Shown in pieces: positions 51,614-63,473 of a stretch of DNA of 64,000 nt (its first letter is position 1; each line of letters begins with the position of its first letter). The DNA comes from an uncultured Candidatus Rokubacteria bacterium (GTDB lineage Bacteria; Methylomirabilota; Methylomirabilia; Rokubacteriales; CSP1-6): assembly GCA_963758635.1 (NCBI GenBank), contig CAVWWD010000003.1, forward strand, positions 384,001 to 448,000, given 5' to 3'. A program made the translations under genes and the position numbers. Below the pieces are notes generated by a model. It saw only the letters and a list, made by a program, of their open reading frames with translations. It did no database searches and was not told the DNA's origin.

Positions 51614-52870
51614 TCAGAGCGCGCGGCGCTGAGGGGCGACCTCGAACCGCTTGCCGCCGTGGGTCACGAGGACGCGAAGATTGCTCGGGGTGCGGGGCCC
51701 GACGGGCACGCGGGCCCGGTAGACGCCCGGCGTCGAGGTCGAGGTGAGGCGCGCCTGGAGATCGCTTCCGTCCGGCAGCCAGCCGTGGAGCGAGACCTCG
51801 GCGTTGACCAGCGGCTGGCCGCGCGCGTCGGACAGGCGCGCGGTGTACGTGATGGTCCGCTCCTCGGCCCGGCCCGCCGCGTCGCTCTGGATCTCCACCC
51901 TGGGCGGGCCGCTCGGGCTGGCGTCCGGCGGCGCCTCGGCGCGTGTCGCAGCGAGGTGACGAGGCGCGGGCGCTTCGCGGAACGCCGCCGTCTGCCGCGG
52001 CGCGGGCGTCTCGCGGACCGCGGTGGCGGGCTGCGGGGCCGCCGGCGTCGCTGGCTGCGGGGCCGCCGGCGTCTCGCGGGCCGCCGACGTGGTGGTTGCC
52101 GGAGCCTCGCGCGCGGCCATGGGCGCGCGGTCGGAGGTGGTCTCCGGCCGCGCGGTCGTGATCTCGGGCGCCGGCGTCTCGACGGCCGCGGACGGAGCGA
52201 CGATCGGAGACGGCGTCACCCGCGCGTCTCGCGCCGCGGCGGGATCGGGCGGGTCCGGCGGCTCGAGCGCCACGAACGCCGCGGCCGCGGCAACGGCGGC
52301 GATGGCGCCCCCCAGCATCCACAGCGTCCGCGGCCGCCGCGGCAAGCGCCCGCGCTCTCCCGGCGCGGCCGCCCGTCCCGGCGACGGCGCGGGCGCCGCG
52401 TTCGCCATCGCGGCCACCGCCTGCCATCCCGACTGGAGGCCTTCTCGGGCGCGGGTGACCGTGGACAGTGACTGCTGCCGGGCCGTCTCGAGCCTGTCTC
52501 GCGCGCTGGTGACGGACGGCAGGGCCGGCAGGGATGGCCACGCCGCCGGCAAGGACCGCCACGCCGTCTCGATCCGATCGCGGGCATGCAGCGCCTGCGC
52601 CTTCCACGCCGGCGGTCGCTCCTCCGGCGGCGGCTCCAGATCGCGGACGATGGCGCCGTTCTCGTCGAGCACCACGAAGCCATGCGTCTGGATCTCTCGA
52701 TCGACGTCGGACGGCTTCCGCCGGTCGACGGCGGGCGCGCCGGAACCGGCGCGGCGGCGATCCACGACGATCTCGATGGAGTCCGGCCCCTCGCGGTCTC
52801 TTTCGAAGGCCACGATCAGATAGCCGTACAGCAAGGGCGCGCCGTGGGCGACGATGCAGAGACGTCTCAT
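51614..52870 (-). CDS. Single-TM protein with Pro/Ala/Thr linker and C-terminal Ig-like domain
   Basis: TM LWMLGGAIAAVAAAAAFV; TPAAPQPA repeats; TPGVYRA. Confidence 0.55.
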   Translation of the reverse strand: MRRLCIVAHGAPLLYGYLIVAFERDREGPDSIEIVVDRRRAGSGAPAVDRRKPSDVDREIQTHGFVVLDENGAIVRDLEPPPEERPPAWKAQALHARDRIETAWRSLPAAWPSLPALPSVTSARDRLETARQQSLSTVTRAREGLQSGWQAVAAMANAAPAPSPGRAAAPGERGRLPRRPRTLWMLGGAIAAVAAAAAFVALEPPDPPDPAAARDARVTPSPIVAPSAAVETPAPEITTARPETTSDRAPMAAREAPATTTSAARETPAAPQPATPAAPQPATAVRETPAPRQTAAFREAPAPRHLAATRAEAPPDASPSGPPRVEIQSDAAGRAEERTITYTARLSDARGQPLVNAEVSLHGWLPDGSDLQARLTSTSTPGVYRARVPVGPRTPSNLRVLVTHGGKRFEVAPQRRAL

Positions 52871-52982
52871 GACGTTGCCTCGGGCGCCCGGCCCCGAGAG
52901 GGGCCGTCCGGACGCCGGGTACCATCTTAACCCCGGCCCGCGCCTCCGGTCGCAAACCGCGAAGCGGGCCCCGCCGGCCGGG

Positions 52983-53789
52983 CTACGAGGCGGGACGCGC
53001 CGACGGGAAGCGCGGCGCGCGCTTCTCCCGGATGGCCGCGAGCCCCTCGCGCACGTCCTCGTCCATGAACGTGAGCATTTCGAGCGCGATCGACTGGTCG
53101 AAGATGGGCCCGGCCATCCGCAGCCAGTTGTTCAGCGAGCGCTTCGTCCAGCGGATGGCCTGCTGGGCCCCGGCGGCGAGCTTGTCCGCGACCTCGAGGG
53201 CCTTCGGCATGAGGTCGGCGGGGGGCACGCAGAGGCTGACGAGGCCGATCCGCTCCGCCTCCTTGCCGTCGATGAAGTCGCACGTGAGCAGGTAGTACTT
53301 GGCCTTGGCCATGCCGCAGAGAAGCGGCCAGACGATGGCCGCGTGGTCGCCGGCGACGACGCCGAGGCGGGTGTGGCCGTCGGTGATGCGCGCGGTCTCG
53401 GACATGATGCTGATGTCGGCCAGAAGCGCCACGACGAGCCCCGCGCCCACCGCCACGCCGTTGATCGCGGAGATCACCGGCTTGTCGAGGTTGATCATGT
53501 TGTAGACGATGTCCGACGCCTCCCGCACGGTGCGGGCCAGGCGCTTCGGGTCCCGGGAGTTGGCGTCGACCATGTCGAGGTCCCCGCCCGCCGAGAACGC
53601 CTTGCCCGCGCCGGTGACCACCGCGACGCGCGCCGCGTCGTCGGCGTCGAGGGTGAGCCACACCTGCGTCAGCTCCCAGTGCAGGCGGTCGTTGGTGGCG
53701 TTGAGGCGCTCGGGGCGGTTGATGGTGATCAGCACCACGCCGTTTGGCCGCCGCTCGAAGACGAGATGCTGGTAGTCCGCGTAGGTCAT
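52983..53789 (-). CDS. Enoyl-CoA hydratase/isomerase family
   Basis: NRPERLNA, FSAGGDL, AINGVAVGAG. Confidence 0.9.
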   Translation of the reverse strand: MTYADYQHLVFERRPNGVVLITINRPERLNATNDRLHWELTQVWLTLDADDAARVAVVTGAGKAFSAGGDLDMVDANSRDPKRLARTVREASDIVYNMINLDKPVISAINGVAVGAGLVVALLADISIMSETARITDGHTRLGVVAGDHAAIVWPLLCGMAKAKYYLLTCDFIDGKEAERIGLVSLCVPPADLMPKALEVADKLAAGAQQAIRWTKRSLNNWLRMAGPIFDQSIALEMLTFMDEDVREGLAAIREKRAPRFPSARPAS

Positions 53790-53892
53790 GTGTCTTTTTC
53801 CTCCTGTCGCGAATGGTTCCGCCGTACCCGGTTACCTCGCGTCCCCCCGAGCGCGCGCGCCGACGAGGCCGCATCTTCCGATCCCCCCCCAC

Positions 53893-54237
53893 TCAGCCCG
53901 GCAGGTGGATCCTCGCGTACTGCGCGTCGACGACGAGGCCGTCGGCGCTCACCGCGAAGCTCGACGTGATGAGCCCGCGCGCGCCTGTCATCGCGCCGTC
54001 GCCGTCCGTGACCGTCCACATCACGGTGCCCCACTGCCAGCCCGGCATGGGGGCAGGGCCGACGTGGCCGCGGCCGATGGTGGAGAACCGGATCCGCCCG
54101 AGGGCGCCGTAGGTGATGGTGCCGCTTTCCACGAAGGTGCCATCGGGCTCGCGCCGCACCTCGGACTCGAGGACGGCCTCGTCCCCGTCGAGGACCTCGC
54201 GCGGGGGTTGTCTGACTCCGCCGAACAGCCGTGACAT
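53893..54237 (-). CDS. Hypothetical protein
   Basis: Short beta-rich ORF between permease and hydratase. Confidence 0.5.
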   Translation of the reverse strand: MSRLFGGVRQPPREVLDGDEAVLESEVRREPDGTFVESGTITYGALGRIRFSTIGRGHVGPAPMPGWQWGTVMWTVTDGDGAMTGARGLITSSFAVSADGLVVDAQYARIHLPG

Positions 54238-54278
54238 CGCGCTCGTGCTGGCACACGTGACGCCTTCGCCTCGATGGC

Positions 54279-55233
54279 TTAGCTCCCATACCTGATCCGC
54301 GGGTCCAGGTACCCATACAGCAGATCCACCGCCAGGTTGATGCTCATGAACAGCACCGCGACGAACAGGATCGTGCTCTGCGTCAGGGGATAGTCGCGCT
54401 GGTAGATCGACCAGAGGACGAGGCGACCCACGCCGGGCAGCGTGAACACCTCCTCGATGACCACGGCACCGCCCAGGAGGATGCCGACCTGGAGACCCAC
54501 CACGGTGACCACCGGGATCATCGCGTTCGCGAATGCGTGCTTGAGGATCACCGCGCGCCCGGCCAGCCCCTTGGCCGTGGCCGTGCGCACGTACTCCGAG
54601 CGCAGCACGTCGAGCATGCACGCGCGCGTGGTGCGCGCGATGTTCGCCGCGCTCGCCGTGCCCAGGCAGAGCGCGGGCAGAGCCATGATCGTGAGGTTCT
54701 TCCGCGGATCGGTGAAGAGGTCCACCCAGACCACCGGCGGCATCCATCTCAGGACGAGCGAGAAGAGCAGGATCAGCATCGTGCCCTGCCAGAACACGGG
54801 CATGGACAGGCCCACGAGCGTGCCGACGCGCGTGGCGGCGTCCAGCGGCCCATCGCGGCGCGTGGCGGACAGGATGCCGGCGGGGATGCCCACGACGACG
54901 GCGAAGAGGACGGCGAGGACGGTCAGCTCGAGCGTCACCGGGAGCCGCTCCAGGATGAGGCCGAGCACGGGCTTGCCCGTCCGCCACGACGTGCCGAGAT
55001 CGCCGCGGACGAGCTGGCCGATCCACTGCGCGTACTGCACGTGCCACGGCTGGTCGAGCCCGAAGAACCGCTTGAGCTCGGCGACCATGGCCGGGCTCAC
55101 GATCGGCGTCGGCGCCGATCATCTGCTCGACCACGGTGCCGGGGATGAGCCGCAGCATGAGGAACACGAGCACGGTGAGGCCGGCCAGCGTCAGCCCCAT
55201 GGAGTAGAGCCGGACGGCGAGGTAGCGAGTCAC
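54279..55233 (-). CDS. Peptide/nickel ABC permease, DppB-like (frameshifted)
   Basis: GDLGTS, EYVRTATAKGL, IEEVFTLPGVG, RDYP. Confidence 0.9.
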
Positions 55234-55321
55234 CGCATCACGTCCCCGAGACCACGCGGCGAGGTGACGCGGCCGACCCTCACCCTGAGCCTCTCCCTGG
55301 AAGGGAGAGGGAATGGGGCGA

Positions 55322-56878
55322 TCACGCGCGGTCGAGCCAGACGCCCTCGAAGCCGTAGAGAAGCGTGGTCGGGTGCTGGCGGAACCCCTTCACCGACGCC
55401 TGGGTGAAGTCGATGGTGTCGGCGGAGAAGAGCCAGAGGTGCGGGACGTGCTCGAGGATCATGACCTGCGCGCGGTCGTAGATGTCCTTGCGCTTCTTCG
55501 CGTCCATCGTGCGGCGGCCCTCCTCGAGGAGGGCGTCGAGGTCGGGCACGCTCCAGCTGTTCCAGTTCTGGCCCTTGGTGGAGTGGAGCGCGCGGAAGAA
55601 CGCGGTGTCGGGGTCGGCGTAGCCGGGCGTGGTGTTCATCGTCATGTCGAAGTCCTTGGCGAGCCACCGCTTGATCCACACCGCGTACTCGACGTTCTCG
55701 ATCTCCGCGGTGATGCCGATCTTCTTGAGCTGGGCCGCCACCACCGGCGCGCCCGACACCATGGTCGGGAACGTGGGGATCACGCCGAGCTTCACCGTGA
55801 AGCCGTTGCCGACGCCGGCCTCGACGAGCAGCTTCTTGGCTCGGTCGACGTCCGGCTTGTAGTAGCGCATCCACTGCGCCTCGGGAAGCTGCCACTGCTT
55901 CATGGGCGCGGTGGCGGGGGGGGTGAGCCGGCCGAAGCCGGAGGCGGCCACGCGCAGGATCTGCCCGCGATCCACCGCCCAGCTGATGGCCTGGCGCACC
56001 CGCACGTCCTTGAGGGGCCCGCGGCTCGCGTTGATGTTGAGGAAGTCGTAGCCGAGGCGGGAGCTCCGGTAGCCGGTGAGCCCCTTCTCGTCCTTCAGCA
56101 GGTTGAAGTTCTTGTTGTCCTCGATGAACGCGTGGTGGATCTGGCCGGTGCGGAGCGCGGCCACGATGTTGGCCTCGTCGGGGATGATGCGGAGGTTGAC
56201 CTCGTCGACGAGGGGCAGGCCCTTCTTGAAGTAGTCGGGGTGCCGCTTGAGCACCATCTGCTGCTCGACCTTCCAGTCGGTGAGCATGAAGGGGCCGGTG
56301 CCGAGCGCGGCCTTGTTCAGGTCGCCGTGCTTCTTGATGCCGGCCTCGCTGATGATGAAGCCCCAGAAGCCGCCGAGAGCGGCGAGGAGCCCGGCGAACG
56401 GCTCCTTGGTGAGGAACTTCACCGCGTACTTGCCCGCCGGCTCCACCTTGTCGACCGCGATGAAGTCCGACTTGCCCGGCGACTTGTCGAAGAGACGGTC
56501 GAAGGTGAACTTCACGTCCGCGGAGGTCATCTCCTGGCCGTCGTGGAACTTCACGCCCTGCCGGAGCTTGAACGTCCACGTGAGGCCGTCCCGGCTCACC
56601 TCCCACGACTCGGCGAGCTCGGGCGTGGGATTCATCTCGGGGTCGAAGCGGACGAGCTGGTTGTACATCATCGGCGAGCGGCGGCTGCGCGAGAACGCGG
56701 GCACGAGCTGCGGGTCGAGGCCCGTCGCCTCCGTCGTCTGGGCGGAGACGAACGTGCCGCCCGGCTTCGGCGTCTGCGCGCGCGCGGGCCGCGGCAGGGC
56801 GAGCGCGCCCGCGGCGAGGCCGCCGGCCCTGAGGAGGTCGCGCCGGGTGAGGGACGAGGAGCGGTGGGGGGTGGTATG
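55322..56878 (-). CDS. Family 5 ABC substrate-binding protein, Tat signal (start uncertain)
   Basis: RRDLL, LAESWEVS.DG, GVKFHDG, GTGPF. Confidence 0.9.
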   Translation of the reverse strand, partial: HTTPHRSSSLTRRDLLRAGGLAAGALALPRPARAQTPKPGGTFVSAQTTEATGLDPQLVPAFSRSRRSPMMYNQLVRFDPEMNPTPELAESWEVSRDGLTWTFKLRQGVKFHDGQEMTSADVKFTFDRLFDKSPGKSDFIAVDKVEPAGKYAVKFLTKEPFAGLLAALGGFWGFIISEAGIKKHGDLNKAALGTGPFMLTDWKVEQQMVLKRHPDYFKKGLPLVDEVNLRIIPDEANIVAALRTGQIHHAFIEDNKNFNLLKDEKGLTGYRSSRLGYDFLNINASRGPLKDVRVRQAISWAVDRGQILRVAASGFGRLTPPATAPMKQWQLPEAQWMRYYKPDVDRAKKLLVEAGVGNGFTVKLGVIPTFPTMVSGAPVVAAQLKKIGITAEIENVEYAVWIKRWLAKDFDMTMNTTPGYADPDTAFFRALHSTKGQNWNSWSVPDLDALLEEGRRTMDAKKRKDIYDRAQVMILEHVPHLWLFSADTIDFTQASVKGFRQHPTTLLYGFEGVWLDRA

Positions 56879-56953
56879 ATGCCTCCTTCGTCCGCTCGTG
56901 CGCCTTCCTCGTGGAATCAGCCTCGCGTGCGTTGTGCAATTGCGCGGGGCTCA

Positions 56954-57844
56954 TCACGCCGCGCCGGGGTCGAGGACGTCGCGCAGGCCGTCACCGATCA
57001 GGTTGAAGGCCAGGACGGCGACCATGATGGCGATCCCGGGGAACACCGAGATCCACGGCGCCGTCTCGAGATAGGTGCGTCCTTCGTTCAGCATGTTCCC
57101 CCACGACGGCGTGGGCGGCTGGGCGGACAGACCGAGGTAGCTCAGCGAGGCCTCGATCAGCACGGCCTGGGAGAAGGCGACCGTGCCTTGCACGACGAAC
57201 GGCGAGAGCACGTTGGGCAGGATGTGCTTGACGGCGACGGCGAGGCGCGAGGCGCCGAGCGCGCGCACCGCCTCGACGTACTCCTTCTCGCGCTCGGCGA
57301 GCACCGGCCCGCGCATCACCCGCGAGAGGAGCGGCGTGTAGACGATGGCGATGGCGATGACCGCGCTGTTGATCCCGGGCCCGCGCATGGCCGCGATGCC
57401 CACGGCGAGGAGGAGGCCGGGGATGCTGAAGAACACGTCCATCACTCGGTTGATCGCGTTGTCCCACATCCCGCCCAGGTAACCGGCGGCGAGGCCCAGC
57501 GTGCCGCCCGCGAGCATGGCGATCCCGATCGACACCACCGCCACGTACAGGGAGACGCGCGCTCCGTGGATGACGCGGCTCAGGACGTCGCGGCCGAAGC
57601 GGTCGGTGCCGAGGAGGGCCTGCGCGCTCGGCCGGGCCTCGATGAGGTCGAAGTTCTGCTCGTCGGGCGGATGCGGCGCGATGACGCCGGCGAACACCGC
57701 CATGAGCACGATCCCGAGCGCGCCCACCGCGCCCGCCACCACGATCGCGCTCCGGAACGTCCGCCGGAGCTGGCGGCCCCACCGGCGCGGCGCCTCGGCC
57801 GCGACCGGCCTGCCCGTCACGGCGACGCCGCGGGGTGCCGTCAT
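56954..57844 (-). CDS. Peptide ABC permease, DppC-like
   Basis: GTDRFGRDV, EYVEAVRALG, HILPN, GDGLRD. Confidence 0.9.
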   Translation of the reverse strand: MTAPRGVAVTGRPVAAEAPRRWGRQLRRTFRSAIVVAGAVGALGIVLMAVFAGVIAPHPPDEQNFDLIEARPSAQALLGTDRFGRDVLSRVIHGARVSLYVAVVSIGIAMLAGGTLGLAAGYLGGMWDNAINRVMDVFFSIPGLLLAVGIAAMRGPGINSAVIAIAIVYTPLLSRVMRGPVLAEREKEYVEAVRALGASRLAVAVKHILPNVLSPFVVQGTVAFSQAVLIEASLSYLGLSAQPPTPSWGNMLNEGRTYLETAPWISVFPGIAIMVAVLAFNLIGDGLRDVLDPGAA

Positions 57845-59007
57845 CCGGCCAGGCCGACGAAGCCCGACCACCACTGGAACTTGCCGCCGAGCTCGACGTC
57901 GTACTTGCGGCCGAGCCGGAGCGTGCCGTCATCCCCGATGCGGAACACGGAGAGCGCCGCGGGCACCTTGCGGACGTCGTTGCCGTCGCGCACGAGCATG
58001 TCCGCGACGCTCGCCGCGACAAGGATCCGGCCGCTGGGATCGATGCTGAACGTCCGGACGTGGTAGGACTGCGGGTCGGCGTGCTGGATGGCCCTCGGCT
58101 CGCCGGTGCCCGGGTCGATCGAGAACACCGCGATGCTGTTCTCGCCGCCCCGGAACACGCGCTGGCCGTTCCACGGCACCGTCGCGCTGGCGCGATTCGA
58201 GACGTACACGGTGCGGCCGTTCGGATGGACGTGGATGGCCCCGGCCGCCTGCGGGACGTCGATGCCGTAGGTGCCGATCGTGCTGGGCAGGTTGTACGCC
58301 GGCTCCGCGGCCAGGCGGTCGCCGTCGCGGCGATGCATGTGCAGCTGGTTCTGCGATTCCACCGAGACGTACACCCACGCCTGCGTTGGATGGAAGTCGA
58401 GGTGACGGGGACCATATCCCAGCCCGCCCTTGCCGCCCACGGGCAGGCTGGCGAGCGGCGAGAGCTGGCCGTCCTGGAAGCGGTAGATCTTCAGGGCCCC
58501 CGGATCCTCGGCCTTCGCAGGCTCGGGGCGGTTGCCCCGGGTCACCATGATCACCGCCCGGTTGCCGGGCATCGCGAGCACCTGGTGCGCGAAGATGCCC
58601 ATGTCGATGCGAGCCGTCTGCGCCACCGCCGGGCCGACGGTGCCGTCGGCCGCGATGCGGTGCACGGTGAGGTTGCTCGGGTTGTTGTAGCAGGTGAGGG
58701 CATAGGCGCCGGTGGCGTCCACGCTGCTGTGGATCGGCCGCTGCGGCAGCGCCTGCGGCTCGCCGTGCATCGCGAGCGCGCCCGTCGCGTCGATGCGCAC
58801 CGCGCACAGCCGGTGCACCGAGCCGGGGCTGGGCGCGTTGCCCGAGGCGGCGTCGCTGGTCGACACGTACAGGTATCGGCGAGACGGATGCGGCCAGACG
58901 TACTGCACGTTGGAGGGCAGCGTGATCGACGCGCGGCGTGTGAGCGCCGCGTTGTCCACGTCAACGTCCCAGTGGGTGAGCTGGTCGCCCACGCTTTGAT
59001 AGAGCAC
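57841..59007 (-). CDS. Lactonase-family beta-propeller protein
   Basis: GPRHLDFHP, HPNGRTVYVSNR, RTFSIDPSG. Confidence 0.85.
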   Translation of the reverse strand: MLYQSVGDQLTHWDVDVDNAALTRRASITLPSNVQYVWPHPSRRYLYVSTSDAASGNAPSPGSVHRLCAVRIDATGALAMHGEPQALPQRPIHSSVDATGAYALTCYNNPSNLTVHRIAADGTVGPAVAQTARIDMGIFAHQVLAMPGNRAVIMVTRGNRPEPAKAEDPGALKIYRFQDGQLSPLASLPVGGKGGLGYGPRHLDFHPTQAWVYVSVESQNQLHMHRRDGDRLAAEPAYNLPSTIGTYGIDVPQAAGAIHVHPNGRTVYVSNRASATVPWNGQRVFRGGENSIAVFSIDPGTGEPRAIQHADPQSYHVRTFSIDPSGRILVAASVADMLVRDGNDVRKVPAALSVFRIGDDGTLRLGRKYDVELGGKFQWWSGFVGLAG

Positions 59008-59198
59008 CGTCCGTCTCCCTCCGCGAGGAGCATGCTAGGCCGGGCCGTGGGGGCGGTCAACCGACGAGGGCGGGCCGAGCGCGGCCCGGCCGCCGGGCCG
59101 GGCGCCCGGGTCCCGCCGGCGCGACATGCTTGCGGGGCGCCCGGTCCATCGGCCATGATTCGGGTGACCTCATCCCCGCGCCCGGGAAGGAGACACCC

Positions 59199-60674
59199 AT
59201 GCGCCTGCTGCCCGCGGAGACGGCATCGTTCCCCTCGCCGATCCCGACACAGTTCGTGGCCAGCGACGAGTTCACGCCTGCGCCGCAGACGGAGCGCCAG
59301 AAGCAGGTCGAGGCGCGCGTCAAGGAGCTGGGCGACCGGCTCGCGAAGCGGCAGGGCCTGAGCCGCCGCGCGTTCTTCCAGACCGCGGCGGGGATGGCGG
59401 CCGCGTTCGTGGCCATGAACGACGTCTACGGCCCCGTCTTCGGCGTCAGCCTCGCCGAGGCGCAGAGCCCGGACGTGGCCAACGAGCGGGCCAAGGCGCT
59501 CGCCGGCCAGTTCATCATGGACATGCACACGCACTTTCTCCGCGACGACACGCGGCTCGAAGGCTTCGTGCGCTCGCGGGAGGCGGTGGGCAAGGCGGGC
59601 TGGAACCCGATGCTGGCCGGCAAGACGCAGACGCTCGACGACCTGAAGTTCGCGAACTACTTCAAGGAGATCTACTTCGACAGCGACACCAAGGTGGCGC
59701 TGATCTCCGGCTCGGGCTCGGAGGAGCCGCGCGACTGGTTCCTCACCAACGAGATGAAGGCCGAGGCGCGGGCCAAGGTCAACCGGCTCACCGGCTCGCA
59801 GCGCCTCATGTCGCACGCGATCTTCATGCCCGGCATGCCGGGATGGATGGACGCGGTGGACGAGGCCATCGCGCAGCTCAAGCCCGACTCGTTCAAGGGC
59901 TACACGGTGGGCGACAACACCAACAAGCAGCTCTCCAAGCACCCCTGGCGCATGGACGACGAGAAGCTCCTGTACCCGTTCTACGAGAAGCTCGTGAAGG
60001 CGGGGCTCGTGAACGTGTGCGTGCACAAGGGCCTCTACCCGATGTCGACCACGCAGCGGTTCCCGGACCTCGTCCAGTACGCCGACGTGCGCGACGTGGG
60101 CAAGGCCGCGAAGGACTGGCCGCAGCTCAACTTCGTCATCTACCACTCGGCCTTCCGGTTCACCGGCGGCGAGGGCAAGAACGGCCTGGCCCAGTTCGAG
60201 CAGACCGGGCGCGTGGACTGGGTGACCGACCTCGCCGAGATCCCCGCGAAGTACGGGGTCACGAACGTGTACGGCGACCTCGGGCAGATCTTCGCCCAGA
60301 GCACGGTGGCCGAGCCGCGCCTGTGCGCGGCGATGATGGGCATGCTCGTCAAGGGGCTCGGCGCCGACCACGTGGTGTGGGGCACCGACGCGATCTGGAC
60401 GGGCGCGCCGCAGTGGCAGATCGAGGCGCTGCGCCGGCTCGAGATCCCCGAGGACATGCAGAAGAAGCACGGGTTCCCGCCGCTCGGGCCGGCCGACGGC
60501 CCGGTCAAGCGCGCGATCTTCGGCGAGAACTCCGCGCGGCTCTACCGCTACGACGCCAAGCGGCGGGCGGAGCTCGGCCGCGACCGCATCGCGCTCGCCC
60601 GGGCCGACTACGAGCGCGAGGGGCCGGGGCGGACCAACCTCCGCTACGGCTTCGTGGCGGAGTCGCTCGCGTAG
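59199..60674 (+). CDS. Amidohydrolase-family protein
   Basis: DMHTH, VHKG, YHSA, WGTD. Confidence 0.85.
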   Translation: MRLLPAETASFPSPIPTQFVASDEFTPAPQTERQKQVEARVKELGDRLAKRQGLSRRAFFQTAAGMAAAFVAMNDVYGPVFGVSLAEAQSPDVANERAKALAGQFIMDMHTHFLRDDTRLEGFVRSREAVGKAGWNPMLAGKTQTLDDLKFANYFKEIYFDSDTKVALISGSGSEEPRDWFLTNEMKAEARAKVNRLTGSQRLMSHAIFMPGMPGWMDAVDEAIAQLKPDSFKGYTVGDNTNKQLSKHPWRMDDEKLLYPFYEKLVKAGLVNVCVHKGLYPMSTTQRFPDLVQYADVRDVGKAAKDWPQLNFVIYHSAFRFTGGEGKNGLAQFEQTGRVDWVTDLAEIPAKYGVTNVYGDLGQIFAQSTVAEPRLCAAMMGMLVKGLGADHVVWGTDAIWTGAPQWQIEALRRLEIPEDMQKKHGFPPLGPADGPVKRAIFGENSARLYRYDAKRRAELGRDRIALARADYEREGPGRTNLRYGFVAESLA

Positions 60675-60684
60675 CCGCGCGCCG

Positions 60685-61784
60685 TCAGCGCGGATCGTCG
60701 GGCAGCGAGCGCACGAAGGACGGATCGCACGCGACCTGGACCCGGGCCCCCGCCGGGAACAGGCCTCGGCGCGCCGGGTCGTAGGTCACGGCCTGGAGCG
60801 CCGTGCCTTGCACGTCCACGACGTACTCCACCTTCTCGCCGAGGAACGTGCGGCTCCGCACGACGCCGGCCGCCGCCACCTGGCCCCGCGGCACCTTCGC
60901 CGTCTCGGACAGGAGGTCCAGCGAGCTCGGGGCGGAGCACGAGCACCAGCGCCTGCCCCGGGGCGCAGCCGGGATCGGCGTGCACGCGCACCTTGGCGCC
61001 CCACAGCTCGGTGTCCACGCCGCCGTCGGCGGCGTGGCCGGCGCGCGCCGGCACCAGGTTCACGCGCCCGATGAACTCGGCCACGAACGACGACGCCGGG
61101 CGCCCGGTAGAGGTCCTCGGCGGTGCCGAGCTGCGCGACGCGGCCGTGCCGCATCACGGCGATCCGGTCGGACAGCGCCATGGCCTCCTCCTGGTCGTGG
61201 GTCACGTAGACCGTGGTGATCCGGAGCTGCCGCTGCAGCCGTGACAGCTCGTCGCGCATCTCCACGCGCAGCCGCGCGTCCAGGTTCGACAGCGGCTCGT
61301 CGAACAGCAGCAGCGCCGGCTCGATCACGACCGCGCGGGCCACCGCCACCCGCTGCTGCTGGCCCCCCGAGAGCTGGTCGGGATAGCGCGGCTCGTAGCC
61401 CGGCAGTCCCACCAGCTCGAGCGACCTGCCCGACGCGGGACCGCAGCGCGGCGGACGCCAGGCCGCGCACCCGGAGCCCGAAGGCGACGTTGTCGAACAC
61501 GGACAGATGCGGGAAGAGCGCGTAGTTCTGGAAGACGAAGCCGATGTTGCGGCGGTAGGCCATGAGCCCGGTGACGTCCGCCTCGCCGATGAACACGCGT
61601 CCTTCGTCCGGCTGCTCGAAGCCGGCGACCATGCGCAGCGTGGTCGTCTTGCCGCACCCGGACGGGCCCAGCAGCGTCATGAGCTCCCCGGCTCCACGGT
61701 GAGGCTCACGTCGTTCACCGCGGCCACGTCGCCCGCGCCCTGGCGCGTGAACCGCTTCGACACCCGCTCGAGCCGCAGGCGCAT
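60685..61784 (-). CDS. ABC ATPase, FbpC/PotA-like (frameshifted)
   Basis: [34 protein letters not shown]. Confidence 0.9.
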
Positions 61785-61789
61785 GCCGG

Positions 61790-63466
61790 TCAGCCGCCGA
61801 GGAGCATGCCGGCCTGGCCCACGCTGCCCGCGTGGAGGCGACGCATGATGACGGTGGTGACCACCACCGCCGCGTAGACGAGGGCGATCACCACCATCGA
61901 GAACGCGGAGGCCTGTCCCAGCTCGAGGTTGGTGATGCCCTCGAGGATGCGCACGGTGACGAGCGACCAGTTCAGCGACACGAGGAAGATCGTGGCGCTG
62001 ATCGCGGTCATGCCCCGGATGAACAGCACGGTCATGCCGGCGAGCAGCGCGGGCCGGATCAGCGGCAGCACGACCCGGCGGAACGTGGTGTCACGGCGCG
62101 CGCCGAGGCTCGCCGAGGCCTCCTCGAGCGACGGGTCGATCTGCGCGAGCAGCGCGGTGGTGGCGCGGGTGCCGGCGAGGCTGTAGCGGAACACGTAGCA
62201 GACGACGAGGATGAAGGCCGTGCCGGTCAGGGCGAGGGGCGGGTCGTTGAACGCGATGAGGTACGCGATGCCCACGATGGTGCCGGGTACCGCGTAGTTG
62301 ACCATCGCCGCGAACTCGAGGGCCCGCCGGCCGGGAAACCGCGTCCGCGCCACGAGGTACCCGAGGAGCACGGCGAAGAAGCCGCCCGCGGGCATCGCGA
62401 GGGTCGCGATGATCAGCGTGTCGCGCACGGCCTTGAGCCCGCCGCTGAACACGTGCTGGTAGTGGGTGAGGGACAGCGTGTTGTCCGCCCCGAGCGCTCG
62501 CACGAGCGACGCGGCGAGGATGACCCCGTAGAAGAACAGCACGAGCAGCACGACGGCGCCGCACACGACGCCGAGGGTCGCGATGGCGAGGGGGGACAGG
62601 CTCTTGATCCGGGTGGCCGCGCCCACCTTGCCGGTGACGACCACGAACGATCCGTCGCGCCCCTCCGTCCACCGCCGCTGGCCGATGAAGATGGCGAGCG
62701 CGGGCACGAGGAGCAGGAAACAGAGCGCGGCGCCGCCCCGCATGTCGTAGAGCCCGGTGATCTGGAGGAACGCCTGGGTCGGCAGGACCGGGAACTTCGT
62801 GCCGCCCAGGATCAGGGGCGTCGCGAAGTCGGCGAGCGACGCCGCGGAGACGAGGAGGAACGAGTTCGCCAGGCCTGGCGTGGCGAGGGGAGCGGTGACC
62901 GTCGCGAACACCCGGAGCCGGCGGGCGCCGAGGCTGAACGCCGAGTCCTCCAGGTTGGGGTCCACGTTGGCGAGCACGCCCTTGATCGTGAGGTACGCGA
63001 TGGGAAAGTACGTGAGGGTCTCGGAGAGCCACGTGCCGGACAGGCCGTAGATGTTGAGCCCGGTGATGCCGAGGACGTGATAGGAGAGCAGCCCGCGCGG
63101 CCCCAGCGAGAAGATCAGGGCGATGGCCGCGGTGAACGGCGGCGAGATGAGCGGCAGCAGCACGATCGCGTCGATGACCCGGCCGACCCAGCGGGGCAGG
63201 TTCGCCCGCACCGTGAGCAGCGCGAAGGCGAGGCCGAGCGCGGTGCCGGCCACGCCCACGAGCCCGGCGAGGAGCAGCGAGTTCCAGAGCGCGGCGCGGT
63301 GCTGCCAGTCGCCGACGAGGCCGCGCACGGCGCCGAGCGTCGGCCCGCCGTCCCAGAACGTGAGGAGCACCAGGCGCGCCATCGGGTAGAGCACGAACAG
63401 CAGCACCGCCGCCCACACGAGGAGGACCGCGGGCAGGAGGACGGGATCGCGCTGGGGCGACGCCAC
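61790..63466 (-). CDS. Iron-type ABC permease, FbpB-like
   Basis: Duplicated permease with LEDSA and [10 protein letters not shown] loops. Confidence 0.9.
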   Translation of the reverse strand: MASPQRDPVLLPAVLLVWAAVLLFVLYPMARLVLLTFWDGGPTLGAVRGLVGDWQHRAALWNSLLLAGLVGVAGTALGLAFALLTVRANLPRWVGRVIDAIVLLPLISPPFTAAIALIFSLGPRGLLSYHVLGITGLNIYGLSGTWLSETLTYFPIAYLTIKGVLANVDPNLEDSAFSLGARRLRVFATVTAPLATPGLANSFLLVSAASLADFATPLILGGTKFPVLPTQAFLQITGLYDMRGGAALCFLLLVPALAIFIGQRRWTEGRDGSFVVVTGKVGAATRIKSLSPLAIATLGVVCGAVVLLVLFFYGVILAASLVRALGADNTLSLTHYQHVFSGGLKAVRDTLIIATLAMPAGGFFAVLLGYLVARTRFPGRRALEFAAMVNYAVPGTIVGIAYLIAFNDPPLALTGTAFILVVCYVFRYSLAGTRATTALLAQIDPSLEEASASLGARRDTTFRRVVLPLIRPALLAGMTVLFIRGMTAISATIFLVSLNWSLVTVRILEGITNLELGQASAFSMVVIALVYAAVVVTTVIMRRLHAGSVGQAGMLLGG

Positions 63467-63473
63467 TCCCTGG

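Noticed and set aside
52029..52073. 24-bp-period tandem repeat
   Set aside because: In-frame coding repeat (TPAAPQPA) in a low-complexity linker
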